From a virus (lineage: Duplodnaviria; Heunggongvirae; Uroviricota; Caudoviricetes): a stretch of 64,000 nt of DNA. The position numbers were made by a program, and so were the translations under genes. Below, piece by piece: positions 52,078 to 61,804 of this stretch (the first letter of the stretch is position 1; each line of letters opens with the position of its first letter). The notes under the pieces are model-generated. The model had not been told where the DNA came from and did not search any database. It saw only the letters and a list, made by a program, of their open reading frames with translations. Location of the stretch: IMG/VR virus record IMGVR_UViG_3300009093_000040; one strand, written 5' to 3'.

Positions 52078-53388
52078 ATGGCTTATGACTTACATGCCTT
52101 TGGCAAAGTGTTCGTAGGAACACAGGTTAGTGGAAGTGGTGCGGGACAAAATCCTAATCCTAATTTAAGTAACGGATTCGTTACTACTGCTGGTATATCC
52201 ACGGCAAATTTAAACACAACTTCACCTACTGCTAGTTTAAACTACGGTATAGGAAGTTTTGGTATGTTTAATAAAGATACTTGGAAATCAGTAACATCTG
52301 CGAGTGTATCGGGAACATGTTGTTCTCTTGTACTTGCTTGTGCTGGTTTGTATCAAAATGATAAATTATCTCCTTTTATTGGTGGAATGAATGAAACCAA
52401 TAAATCGAAATATATTAACCCTAAAACGGTAAGTCATTTCTATAGAGTTGATCCTTGTACTCCACAACAACAAATAGTGCATGTTGGTAATACCAAATAC
52501 ACTAAAACATTAAGTCCAAATGATCCGGCTTGTTGTTTTGAATTCTTGTGTGGAGAAACTTATACATTACGTATAGATATCAAAGGTTCACCTGCGCTTC
52601 GTTTTTTAAATCACCAGTTATATCGTAACATTGATTTTTATACCGGTTGTTGTTCTGGTCCTGTACCTACAGATGTTGACTCAAGTTTAGTTATGATAGG
52701 TTGGGCAAACTACATTGTGGGTGATCCACTATTATCTCAATTCTTGCAGCCTATCGTTTATGATGAAGCAGGTTTAGCATGGTATGCTCCGGGAACTGCT
52801 GGTGCTCCACGTACTTGGGATCAATACGTTTCTCCGGGTCATACAAATGGTGCATGCGCTGGCTTACGTTTACTTGGTGCTTATATTGATACTCGTTTCA
52901 AAGATTGTACTTTCCAAGTAAGTGATTTCTTTGAAAAAGAACCTATTAAAATCTACGTTTCTATGGTAGACTTTACTGGAGACCCTTGTACTTTCGAAGG
53001 AATTTGTGTAAAAACAGAATGTCCTCCGTTACAAGGAATGGGTTTTGGAGAACAAGTTTTACGTGATTTGATCATGTCTGAAAACTATCGTCAAAACTAT
53101 TTCCGTTCTGGTTCGGATTTCCGTATCAGGGAAGTAACTGAAGGCGATCAGCTTTTAAATGTAATTAGCCGTAGTGCTTTCTATACACGCTATGTGTTGT
53201 TACATAATATAACCCGAAACAATAACCCTACCGGTGTTTTTGATAACGATCAATATCGTTTAGAAATCATCACAAATGGTCCAAACACAGCTTTTGAAAG
53301 CTTTATGAGCAGTTGGTTAGGAACATGTAATGGTTGTACAACATTACAAGTAGATGGTTGCTCACCTTGTACTCCGATAGCTCCGTAA
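52078..53388 (+). CDS. Putative capsid auxiliary/decoration protein
   Basis: 436 aa, highly expressed codon bias, followed by a strong terminator (about 53412-53450). Confidence 0.5.
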   Translation: MAYDLHAFGKVFVGTQVSGSGAGQNPNPNLSNGFVTTAGISTANLNTTSPTASLNYGIGSFGMFNKDTWKSVTSASVSGTCCSLVLACAGLYQNDKLSPFIGGMNETNKSKYINPKTVSHFYRVDPCTPQQQIVHVGNTKYTKTLSPNDPACCFEFLCGETYTLRIDIKGSPALRFLNHQLYRNIDFYTGCCSGPVPTDVDSSLVMIGWANYIVGDPLLSQFLQPIVYDEAGLAWYAPGTAGAPRTWDQYVSPGHTNGACAGLRLLGAYIDTRFKDCTFQVSDFFEKEPIKIYVSMVDFTGDPCTFEGICVKTECPPLQGMGFGEQVLRDLIMSENYRQNYFRSGSDFRIREVTEGDQLLNVISRSAFYTRYVLLHNITRNNNPTGVFDNDQYRLEIITNGPNTAFESFMSSWLGTCNGCTTLQVDGCSPCTPIAP

Positions 53389-53449
53389 TAGTTTATTAAT
53401 TAAACATAACAAAGGGAGGAAGGATTCTAAAAAAATTCCTCCTCCTTTT

Positions 53450-54016
53450 TTGTTTTTAAAATATTTTACATTGTCACAGCACGTATTAAGCTTAGAAGCT
53501 CCCGATACATTGAATCGCTGCCAATTACGATTGGTAGATACATCGGTTTATAACCAACAGGTAAACGTTACTTGTCCAGATTTGCAAGTGACAGTGCCGG
53601 GTTTTAATGTTGCTGTAGATATTCCTGTTCAACCCGGATTTATTTTAAATTTAACCGCGTGTGATCTTAAAATACAGAAGAATGGTTGCGGGACAACTTT
53701 CGATAATCTTCCTGATGGTATTTATATAATTAGGTATAGTGTTGCTCCTAATAAATTTGTTTATGTGGAGTATAATTATTTGAGAGAAATAAATGCTTTA
53801 AATAAAGTTTACAAAATTTTGTGTTCACTTGATGTTAGTCATTGTGAACCTCCAGCTAAAGTTAAAGCGAAATTAGAAGAATTAAATTTGATAAGAATGT
53901 ATTTACTTGCCGCAAAAGCAAAAGTAGAATACTGTCATAAACCAAAAGAGGGTATGGATATTTTTAATTATGCTGTTAGGTTGTTGGATAAAATGACCTG
54001 CAGCACTTGTGTTTAA
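53450..54016 (+). CDS. Hypothetical virion protein
   Basis: LPDGIYIIRYSVAP motif; 188 aa. Confidence 0.6.
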   Translation: MFLKYFTLSQHVLSLEAPDTLNRCQLRLVDTSVYNQQVNVTCPDLQVTVPGFNVAVDIPVQPGFILNLTACDLKIQKNGCGTTFDNLPDGIYIIRYSVAPNKFVYVEYNYLREINALNKVYKILCSLDVSHCEPPAKVKAKLEELNLIRMYLLAAKAKVEYCHKPKEGMDIFNYAVRLLDKMTCSTCV

Positions 54017-54037
54017 ACCAACTAAAACCAACATAAA

Positions 54038-54235
54038 ATGTCAGCAATTTGTCCGAACTGCCACGCTAAATTAGGATGTGGATGTCAATTAAGAAGAGCT
54101 TCAAATGGAGCACAAGTTTGTGCTAACTGTATTGTATCTTACGAAAATAACTTGAATGCTCAACGTCAACAAAATACACAGGCACCTCAAAACAACGGAG
54201 TACCTTTAATAGAATCAATAAAACTTATCCCTTAA
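54038..54235 (+). CDS. Small Zn-finger-like protein
   Basis: CPNC...CGC...CANC. Confidence 0.6.
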   Translation: MSAICPNCHAKLGCGCQLRRASNGAQVCANCIVSYENNLNAQRQQNTQAPQNNGVPLIESIKLIP

Positions 54236-54237
54236 AA

Positions 54238-56127
54238 GTGCCAACTACTCCAAATAATTGTCCTTGTCCTACAGGTTATACACTAGATTCTAGTGGTAAT
54301 AACTGTGTCAAGACAGTAACATCAGCAGCTGTTTTAAGTAGTACTGTTTATACTGTTGGACCCGGTATTCAAAATAGAAATTATGGGAGTCAGGGTACAG
54401 ATTTTTACGCAGATATAACTAACAATGTTTATCCTATTATTGTAGATGAACCTAACAATAGGTTTAAAGATGCTACAGGTAGTATATTAGCTGTAAATAA
54501 TAACGTCACAAACTTTTTTTGGGGAGTTTATAATGCATCGGGTCCTGTTCCTCCTTATTATGGAAGATTAAATGCTTGTGGGGTATGGACAACAATTCCT
54601 CAAAGCATTAGTACAAATTTTGAATCTTATCCACTAAAAGAATGGATAGGATTTAGTGTTTGTGTGAATATACCTCAAACGGGTACTTATTGTATTGGTT
54701 TGGGTGCCGATAATATGTGTAGGTTTAAATTAGATGGTCAGTTAATCGTTGATTTAAGCTTTTTAGAAAGTATTTCAGGAGGAATGACTTGGCAATTTAA
54801 CAAGTGGCACGTATTTCCAATTACTTTACAAGCGGGTACTCACATTATTAGTTTAGAGGGTTGGAATTATGAAAGTGATGCTGCTTTCGGTGCAGAAATC
54901 TATAATGCAACGCCTGCTCAATTAGCAACAATTGTAACCCAGTCTGCATTAACTGCAGTAACTGTTTTTTCAACATTTGATAAAATAGGACAAACATTTC
55001 AAACTGGTCAATCGAGTGGTTATGTCTGCCCTAGTGATAGTTGTAGTTTAAATACATGTACAGATGTTCCAATGTGTGTATGTTTAGAAACTATACCGTT
55101 GCCTTCTTGTTGCTTTAAATTAACGAATTGTTTGAGTGGGGCTGTAATAATAACTTCAGCAGATTTATCTGGTAGTATTGGAGCAGTTGTAAATATCGCA
55201 GAGCAACAGGGATGCTGGAAAATAACAAGTGCTGCAACTTGCGATGGAGCTGTTCCTACAATAACTGTAACACACACCTATGGTGGTAGTTGTAATGAAT
55301 GTTTGCCTTGTTATATTTTAACTAATTGTTCTGATCGTAGTCAAACGCTTTCTACATCAACTGATTTAAGTACATATGTAGGTGGTGTTGTGCAGATAGC
55401 AGGTTATCCTACTATATGTTGGAATGTGACATCCTCTTCGAATTGCAAAACATTAACACCAGTTCAAGTAGTTAAATCATATGTTGATTGTACAACTTGT
55501 TTGTGTATTTCTTATTTACTTACAGATTGCTCGGGAGTTAATCCATCAATTATAACTAATACAAATTTAAGTGCATACTTAGGAAAAGTTATAAAAATAA
55601 AAAGTTGTGCTAATATTTGTTGGGAAGTTTCTTGTTCTGGTAGTAGTGCAGGCGCTGTAGATATTGTTTTATCACAAAGTTTTGATACATGTGATCTTTG
55701 TAATCCACCTATAGTTTGCCCTTCTCCTGAATTGTTACACAACAGAAAAGTTTATCCGGGTTATAATACACCCGGTTGTTCTCCAGAGTATACAGAAGAA
55801 GTGAATTGTGAATTTGCAAAACAAATTTTTAATATTGTAAAGAAAAGAAGGTATGGTATAACAGTTTGTTGTGATGAAGATTTACAGAAATATCAAATAA
55901 AAAAAGATCTTCTTGATTTAAGAGCAATTTATGATCCACAAGCATGTGTTGCTTGTCCTCCTAAAGATTGTTGCCCTCCTTGTGAAGTTATACCTCCTGT
56001 TATACCTGTACCGGTTCCGTGTTCACCTTCTACAGATATTACGGCAACAATTGTTATAATTACCCCTTGTGCTGATGATAGCGGTCCGGTTGGAGCAACT
56101 ATTGTTTTTAATAATCCAACAAGGTGA
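54238..56127 (+). CDS. Cys-rich virion protein with PA14-like domain and three tandem repeats
   Basis: GLGADN.CRFKLDG...ITLQAGTHIISLEG (PA14-like); three C..LTNC...DLS.Y.G....CW.V repeats. Confidence 0.55.
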   Translation: MPTTPNNCPCPTGYTLDSSGNNCVKTVTSAAVLSSTVYTVGPGIQNRNYGSQGTDFYADITNNVYPIIVDEPNNRFKDATGSILAVNNNVTNFFWGVYNASGPVPPYYGRLNACGVWTTIPQSISTNFESYPLKEWIGFSVCVNIPQTGTYCIGLGADNMCRFKLDGQLIVDLSFLESISGGMTWQFNKWHVFPITLQAGTHIISLEGWNYESDAAFGAEIYNATPAQLATIVTQSALTAVTVFSTFDKIGQTFQTGQSSGYVCPSDSCSLNTCTDVPMCVCLETIPLPSCCFKLTNCLSGAVIITSADLSGSIGAVVNIAEQQGCWKITSAATCDGAVPTITVTHTYGGSCNECLPCYILTNCSDRSQTLSTSTDLSTYVGGVVQIAGYPTICWNVTSSSNCKTLTPVQVVKSYVDCTTCLCISYLLTDCSGVNPSIITNTNLSAYLGKVIKIKSCANICWEVSCSGSSAGAVDIVLSQSFDTCDLCNPPIVCPSPELLHNRKVYPGYNTPGCSPEYTEEVNCEFAKQIFNIVKKRRYGITVCCDEDLQKYQIKKDLLDLRAIYDPQACVACPPKDCCPPCEVIPPVIPVPVPCSPSTDITATIVIITPCADDSGPVGATIVFNNPTR

Positions 56128-56172
56128 TAAAAAATTAGGATAAATGAATAAGTTTTATTATATTATATTAGC

Positions 56173-57675
56173 ATGAAACCTACAAACTCAAGAAAAGAAT
56201 CTTGTACTCCTACTTCTTCTAATTGCGTAATATGGCAAGGGAAAGATATTCCTTGTTTAAAAATATGTGAAGGTGATAGTGTTAGTGAGGTTGTTTTTGC
56301 TTTAGCAGAAAAATTATGTTGCATATTAGATATTTTTGATGTTAAAGATTATGATCTAGGGTGTTTAAACTTGGAACAGTGTGCTCCTGCAGATTTTGAA
56401 TCTTTAATACAATTACTTATTAATAAAATTTGTGCATTAGAAAATATAACTCCTCCAACGAGTTCTACACAATCAGGTTGTCCAAATTGTGTAGTTCAAA
56501 TGGCTCCTTGTTTTTATTATAATGATCCTAAAACAGGAGATCAAGTTGTTGAATCACAATTAACGGATTACGTGACGCTGATAGGTAATACTATTTGTAA
56601 CATATTAAAAAATACAGGTACACAAGCGGGTCTTATAGGTAGTCAAGGTCAAAGAATTTCTAATCTTGAGAGACAGGTAAATAATTTACCTACATCAAAC
56701 GGATTACCTCAAATTACTCCGGTGTGTGTTATTTCAAGTATTGTACCTGTTGATTTGGATAAAGTTGTAGCTGCTTTAGAACAACAGTTTTGTGAATTGC
56801 GTTCTGCAACAGGAACTACTACAGATATATTTCAAGCAATATCACAACAATGTGCGGGTTTAGATCAAGCGCCGGCTTTAGGTACTCAAGGTGGAACCAT
56901 GGGTTCAATAAATGGTTGGAAAACAAACGTGCAAAGTGCGGCAGATGCAATTAATAATATTTGGCTTACTATATGTGATTTAAGGTCAGCGGTTACTAAT
57001 ATTAAAACAAATTGTTGTGCTACACCTTGTAATGGAGTTGCTTTGAGATTACAAGCAACAATGCCTACTTCCAATCAGCTTATACTATTTTTTACAGGAA
57101 CAATTCCGGAAGGTTTGGTTCAGTGTAATCAGAATGGAACTCTATTTAAAATAACAGATCAATCAGGAAACGAGTTAGATGTTACAATAAATTTAATTGG
57201 TGCTTTAAATAATCCTTCTGGAACTCCGATTCAATTGGCGGGCACTCCAATAAATACAGTTGATGATTTAACTATATCTGCATCTGTATGTTTTAAAGAA
57301 GATTCTTCTGGAACAATTTGTCAATCTGTTTTATCTTACATATTTGTAAACACAAGTGTTTGTCCATTGGTTACTTATATTTCAGGATTAAATTCTATAA
57401 CGTTTAAGTTTAATGCTGCTTTTGTAGCCACATTTGGTGTAGAATTATATGATAGTACCGGTAATACTTTACTTCAAAATGAAGTATTTTCTGTAGGAAC
57501 TCCTGTAGAAATATCCGGAGTATTTAATGGTTTAGGTTTTGGCACAGTATATAAAATACTTGTTAGAATTATTAAACCTAATAAGACCACTGTTTGTCCT
57601 TTAACTGTAGTAACAACATTACCTAACCCTTGTCCTCCTTCAAATTTTGTTGAGGCAATAATAACTATTCCATAA
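56173..57675 (+). CDS. Cys-rich virion protein
   Basis: 500 aa; SSNCVIWQG.DIPCL motif. Confidence 0.6.
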   Translation: MKPTNSRKESCTPTSSNCVIWQGKDIPCLKICEGDSVSEVVFALAEKLCCILDIFDVKDYDLGCLNLEQCAPADFESLIQLLINKICALENITPPTSSTQSGCPNCVVQMAPCFYYNDPKTGDQVVESQLTDYVTLIGNTICNILKNTGTQAGLIGSQGQRISNLERQVNNLPTSNGLPQITPVCVISSIVPVDLDKVVAALEQQFCELRSATGTTTDIFQAISQQCAGLDQAPALGTQGGTMGSINGWKTNVQSAADAINNIWLTICDLRSAVTNIKTNCCATPCNGVALRLQATMPTSNQLILFFTGTIPEGLVQCNQNGTLFKITDQSGNELDVTINLIGALNNPSGTPIQLAGTPINTVDDLTISASVCFKEDSSGTICQSVLSYIFVNTSVCPLVTYISGLNSITFKFNAAFVATFGVELYDSTGNTLLQNEVFSVGTPVEISGVFNGLGFGTVYKILVRIIKPNKTTVCPLTVVTTLPNPCPPSNFVEAIITIP

Positions 57676-58241
57676 TGAGTTGCGGATGTAATAAATTAAA
57701 TAAAAAACCTTGTTCTTGTTCTGTGCCTTGCGGGTGCGGTGATAAACCATTAGTGACTTGCTCACCTTGCGTTACCCCTCCTTGCAATAATGGGGACCTT
57801 TGTCCTGAAACGTTTAGTGCAGGCTGTGTTGTGTATACGGGCGATAATATCGTAGATGCAAATGGAGGAGTGATTGTTGCAAAAGGAGACAGGGTAGATG
57901 CAATACTTCAAAAATTAATCTTATTTTCAGTTAATCCGGGTTGTGCATATCCTTCATCTCCTTGTCAAAGTGTTTTAGGATTACAAAGTGTTCAAATTAC
58001 TGCAACAACAGCTTCTTTTAAATGGCTACCTGTATTTACGGCTACACAATATCAGTTAGAATATCGTGCTTCAAATTCGACTACTTGGTTGGTAAATCCA
58101 CCAATAGTAAATTCAACTACTCCAATGGATAACATAGGTATATTAGCTCCTAGTACAATTTATTATGTAAGGGTTAATAGCACCTGTCCTTCCGGTATGT
58201 GCACTTCATTAACAATATCAATAACAACACCAGCGTCATAA
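57675..58241 (+). CDS. Cys-rich protein with C-terminal FN3-like domain
   Basis: ITATTASFKW...YQLEYR...LAPSTIYYVRVNSTC. Confidence 0.6.
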   Translation: MSCGCNKLNKKPCSCSVPCGCGDKPLVTCSPCVTPPCNNGDLCPETFSAGCVVYTGDNIVDANGGVIVAKGDRVDAILQKLILFSVNPGCAYPSSPCQSVLGLQSVQITATTASFKWLPVFTATQYQLEYRASNSTTWLVNPPIVNSTTPMDNIGILAPSTIYYVRVNSTCPSGMCTSLTISITTPAS

Positions 58242-58266
58242 TAAACCAACAATAAAATATATTAAA

Positions 58267-59433
58267 ATGGCTTCAGTACCAGCAACAATAGTCGTAACAG
58301 TTAACTCAAATTATGCAGGAATGCATAGAATTTGTTATACCATTAATGGATCAGGAGGTTATACTTGTGTTACAGTTAACTGTCCGGGAGGAGGTGCAAC
58401 ATGTACAGTAGATATTCCAATTACTGTAGATAATGAAAGTTGCACACCTATTACTTTTAGTGGATATGAGCAACCGGGTTGTGAAGATATTAGTTCTACA
58501 GAAGGAAGAATTCCTTTTACTGTAACTTTTGTCCCTTCACCTAGTTGTAAAAAATACATGGTAACTTGTATAAATGTGCCTCTTTTGTCTGTTACTGTAA
58601 ATACAAAGGGTTCTGGATATAATCCTTCGCTTCCTCCATCTGTTACATTTTCTGGTGGTGGTGGTTCTGGAGCAGCTGCTACAGCTAATGTGGGAACTGG
58701 TTTTATAATTTCTTCTTCTTTATCGTCTGCTGGAACAGGTTATATTGACGGTACGTATGTGGGTGTTCCTTTAACAGGTGGTACAGGAACGGGAGCTACC
58801 GCTACAATAACGGTATCAGGTGGAATAATCACACTTTATTCTATAACAAACGTTGGTAATGGTTATATAAATGGGGACTCTCTTATTCCTAATGCTGCAG
58901 CAATGGGTGGTTCTACTCCAAGTGTGAATGCACATATTTCTGTAAATAGTGATTTAGGTTTGGTTGATTCCGTTACTGTTAATGCTGTAGGTTCAGGATA
59001 TACTTCGGTTCCTGTTGTTACCATTGCTCCACCTCCTTCAGGTTCAACGGCTACAGCAACAGCTGTATTAGATAAATGTCCTGCGTTTACTACAACAAAT
59101 TGTGATGGTTCTATAGCGAATATAGGTAGAGCTGATTTGGGTAAGTCGGGTAATTTATGTTCGGTTACTGGTGGTCCAAATATAACTCCACAATTTTCTT
59201 CTGTGCCGGATGGAGATTGTTTATGTGATTGCTTACTTGCTACTTTTACTGTGAAAGGAGATAGTGGTTCAAGTACATTTGGTTATACTACTTGTGATGG
59301 AGTATATACACTAACAACATTGACCTTACGTAGTTCTCCTAGTAGTTTTACTGTTTGTGTTGTAAATGGTAGTGTTGGTATTGCTAATAGTGGAGCAGCA
59401 CAAGGTGTTGTTACATATAATGGATCTTGTTAA
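58267..59433 (+). CDS. Fibre/spike-like protein with GSGY-T repeats
   Basis: Repeated VTV...GSGY..P.VTF.GG.GSGA.ATA modules. Confidence 0.6.
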   Translation: MASVPATIVVTVNSNYAGMHRICYTINGSGGYTCVTVNCPGGGATCTVDIPITVDNESCTPITFSGYEQPGCEDISSTEGRIPFTVTFVPSPSCKKYMVTCINVPLLSVTVNTKGSGYNPSLPPSVTFSGGGGSGAAATANVGTGFIISSSLSSAGTGYIDGTYVGVPLTGGTGTGATATITVSGGIITLYSITNVGNGYINGDSLIPNAAAMGGSTPSVNAHISVNSDLGLVDSVTVNAVGSGYTSVPVVTIAPPPSGSTATATAVLDKCPAFTTTNCDGSIANIGRADLGKSGNLCSVTGGPNITPQFSSVPDGDCLCDCLLATFTVKGDSGSSTFGYTTCDGVYTLTTLTLRSSPSSFTVCVVNGSVGIANSGAAQGVVTYNGSC

Positions 59434-59542
59434 GAAATAGGTCGCGGCTTAGTTGGTTAGCTTTAGACTGAAGCGAAGGTCCTGTGAATAAAATCATAGG
59501 ACTTTTGCTTTAATAACGAATGAAAAATGTTAATTTTCCGAT

Positions 59543-60103
59543 ATGGAAATAGAATATAAAACCCCACTGGCGAATGCGCCTAAATACAGACCGACAGGAA
59601 AAAGCTTCCTGAACCCTATATTATTTTGCGCTTTTAAAAAGAAACATCCGGAACATAAAGAAGTAAAAAATAAAGATTTATCGACCGTGATAAAAACCTT
59701 TAATTCTTTAATTGCGGAAACGGCTTGTGAATTTAGGGATGGTGTAGAATTGCCGGAAGATTTGGGAGTTATTATTGTTGCATCATGTGTTAAAAAAGAC
59801 GATTATCTTGATATTGAAAAATCAAGAAAAACAGGTAAAAGAACGGTGAATAGAAATTGGAATACGGATGGTTTTATTGTAAAAATATTTTTTATAAATA
59901 AACTTTATCGTCATAATTATAAACACAAAGAGTTGTGGAAATTTAAAGGGAATATGAATTTTAGAAGAATGGTGTCTAAGAAATTTCAGAAGAATTGGAA
60001 ATTTTTTATTCAGGCTTCAGGTATGACAGGAATGTTTATACAGGCAAGTAAATTTATTAAGGAACGAAGAGAAAATTTAAAAGCTGAAAAAGCTCTTATA
60101 TAA
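59543..60103 (+). CDS. HU/IHF-like DNA-binding protein
   Basis: GVELPEDLGVI segment typical of crAss-like HU/IHF-related proteins. Confidence 0.45.
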   Translation: MEIEYKTPLANAPKYRPTGKSFLNPILFCAFKKKHPEHKEVKNKDLSTVIKTFNSLIAETACEFRDGVELPEDLGVIIVASCVKKDDYLDIEKSRKTGKRTVNRNWNTDGFIVKIFFINKLYRHNYKHKELWKFKGNMNFRRMVSKKFQKNWKFFIQASGMTGMFIQASKFIKERRENLKAEKALI

Positions 60104-60104
60104 A

Positions 60105-60782
60105 ATGGCAACAACAATAGGAGATACAATATCAAGAGTAAGAAACGTAATTAAAGCTGTTAAGGAAGATGCTTTCTTGACAGATCGTTTTATTTATTCT
60201 CTTGTACTTAAATACGGTAAACTTTATATAAAACGTTTGGATGATCAAAACAAAATCATGCGTTTTCAAAGTTTGTTTGAGGTGCTTCCTTGTGTTGAAT
60301 TGATTGAGGTAGATAAAGTAGATACGTGTTGTTCAGGCATAATTTCAGGTTGTATAATTAAACGAACTAAAGATCGTTTACCTACGGTGATGGAGGGAAA
60401 TTATGGTCCTTTATTTAGAACTATAAGTTCAATGGATGGATCCATTCCTTGTTTTAAAACATATCCTGCTACTTTTACACAAATGACAAATTCAACGAAT
60501 TTTCATTATAATAAAAATAAATATTATTGGTATCAGGATGGTTATTTGTATTTGCCAAATATTGAATGGGATGCTATTCGTGTAGAAGGTTTGTGGGAAG
60601 ATAGTATAGCAATGTATTCTTGTGATGAATGTAAAACTTGCACATTAAGACAAGATGAATTATCGCATTTTCCTGAATATTTATTTGCTGAAATAGAAAA
60701 GAATGTGAAAGATGATTTATTAAATACAATTCAAATTCCGAAAGAAGGGCTTTTGGATAATACAAGTAATTTAAGAGATTAA
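60105..60782 (+). CDS. Putative tail ring/adaptor protein
   Basis: 225 aa; KYYWYQDGYLYLPN motif; structural context. Confidence 0.5.
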   Translation: MATTIGDTISRVRNVIKAVKEDAFLTDRFIYSLVLKYGKLYIKRLDDQNKIMRFQSLFEVLPCVELIEVDKVDTCCSGIISGCIIKRTKDRLPTVMEGNYGPLFRTISSMDGSIPCFKTYPATFTQMTNSTNFHYNKNKYYWYQDGYLYLPNIEWDAIRVEGLWEDSIAMYSCDECKTCTLRQDELSHFPEYLFAEIEKNVKDDLLNTIQIPKEGLLDNTSNLRD

Positions 60783-60785
60783 AGG

Positions 60786-61799
60786 ATGTATAATTATACT
60801 GCAAAATATAAACGATTTGATCAACTTCTTTCAGAGGTACTTGTTGATTTTAAAAATTATTCTTTAGAGAATATGATTGAACCTCAAGAATTAGTGAAAG
60901 TCGCGCGCCGCGTTAACTATGATTTAGGTTTAAGAATTCTTCAAACTAAAGAAGTGTTATTGGAAGTTGAAAAAGGAACAGTTAAACTTCCTGATGATTT
61001 TTATACGATTAATTATGGGATGATTTGTGGTAGTTTTGAAGTAGAAGAAGTTTTACCTCAAGGAACGCACATTGTAGATAATAAGTTGTTTCCTGTATAT
61101 AAAGAGCAGCCTGCCCATGTAGATACCTGTGCACCACCTGTTATTTGTTCTAAGTGTGATTGTAATCCTTGTGGATGTGCACCTACCCCTCCTTGTGAAA
61201 ATGCTGAATTTAATCCTCTTGCACCTACTGGAGATACTTGTATTAAACCTCGCGTATTTTTAAATTGTAAAAATGAATGTTTTGAGCTTGTTCAAATAGT
61301 GCAGACAAGAAGACAAGTTTATAGACACTTGCTACCGTTACAGATTATTGATAATGCAGAGGGAATTGAGTGTGGTTGTCCGGGTTTATATGTTCGTAGT
61401 AAGGATCAGGCTTGGATTAAAAACGGATACTTATATACTAATTTGAATTGTGCTAAAGTATATATTAGTTATGAAGGTATGATGCAGGATGAAGAAGGTA
61501 ATCTTCTTGTTTTGGATCATGAAATGATTAATGAATATTACGAATATGCTTTAAAGAAAAGAATACTTGAAAATTTGGTAATGAATGATGAACAAATTAA
61601 TCAAGCAAAAATTCAACTGATTGAAAAGGGTTATGTAGAATCTCGCAGATATGCTTTAAGTATTGTTAACACTCCAAATTTCCATGAGATGAAAGAGGTG
61701 TTTTTGCAAAATAGAAAAGCTCAATATGCGAAATATTATAAAATGTTTGAAAGTCATCGTTGGTTTGATTATGGTTTAGCTCTTAATGATTTCAGATAA
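60786..61799 (+). CDS. Putative tail ring protein
   Basis: 337 aa; NGYLYTN....KVYISYEG...DEEGNLLVLDH. Confidence 0.5.
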   Translation: MYNYTAKYKRFDQLLSEVLVDFKNYSLENMIEPQELVKVARRVNYDLGLRILQTKEVLLEVEKGTVKLPDDFYTINYGMICGSFEVEEVLPQGTHIVDNKLFPVYKEQPAHVDTCAPPVICSKCDCNPCGCAPTPPCENAEFNPLAPTGDTCIKPRVFLNCKNECFELVQIVQTRRQVYRHLLPLQIIDNAEGIECGCPGLYVRSKDQAWIKNGYLYTNLNCAKVYISYEGMMQDEEGNLLVLDHEMINEYYEYALKKRILENLVMNDEQINQAKIQLIEKGYVESRRYALSIVNTPNFHEMKEVFLQNRKAQYAKYYKMFESHRWFDYGLALNDFR

Positions 61800-61804
61800 T
61801 AAAA

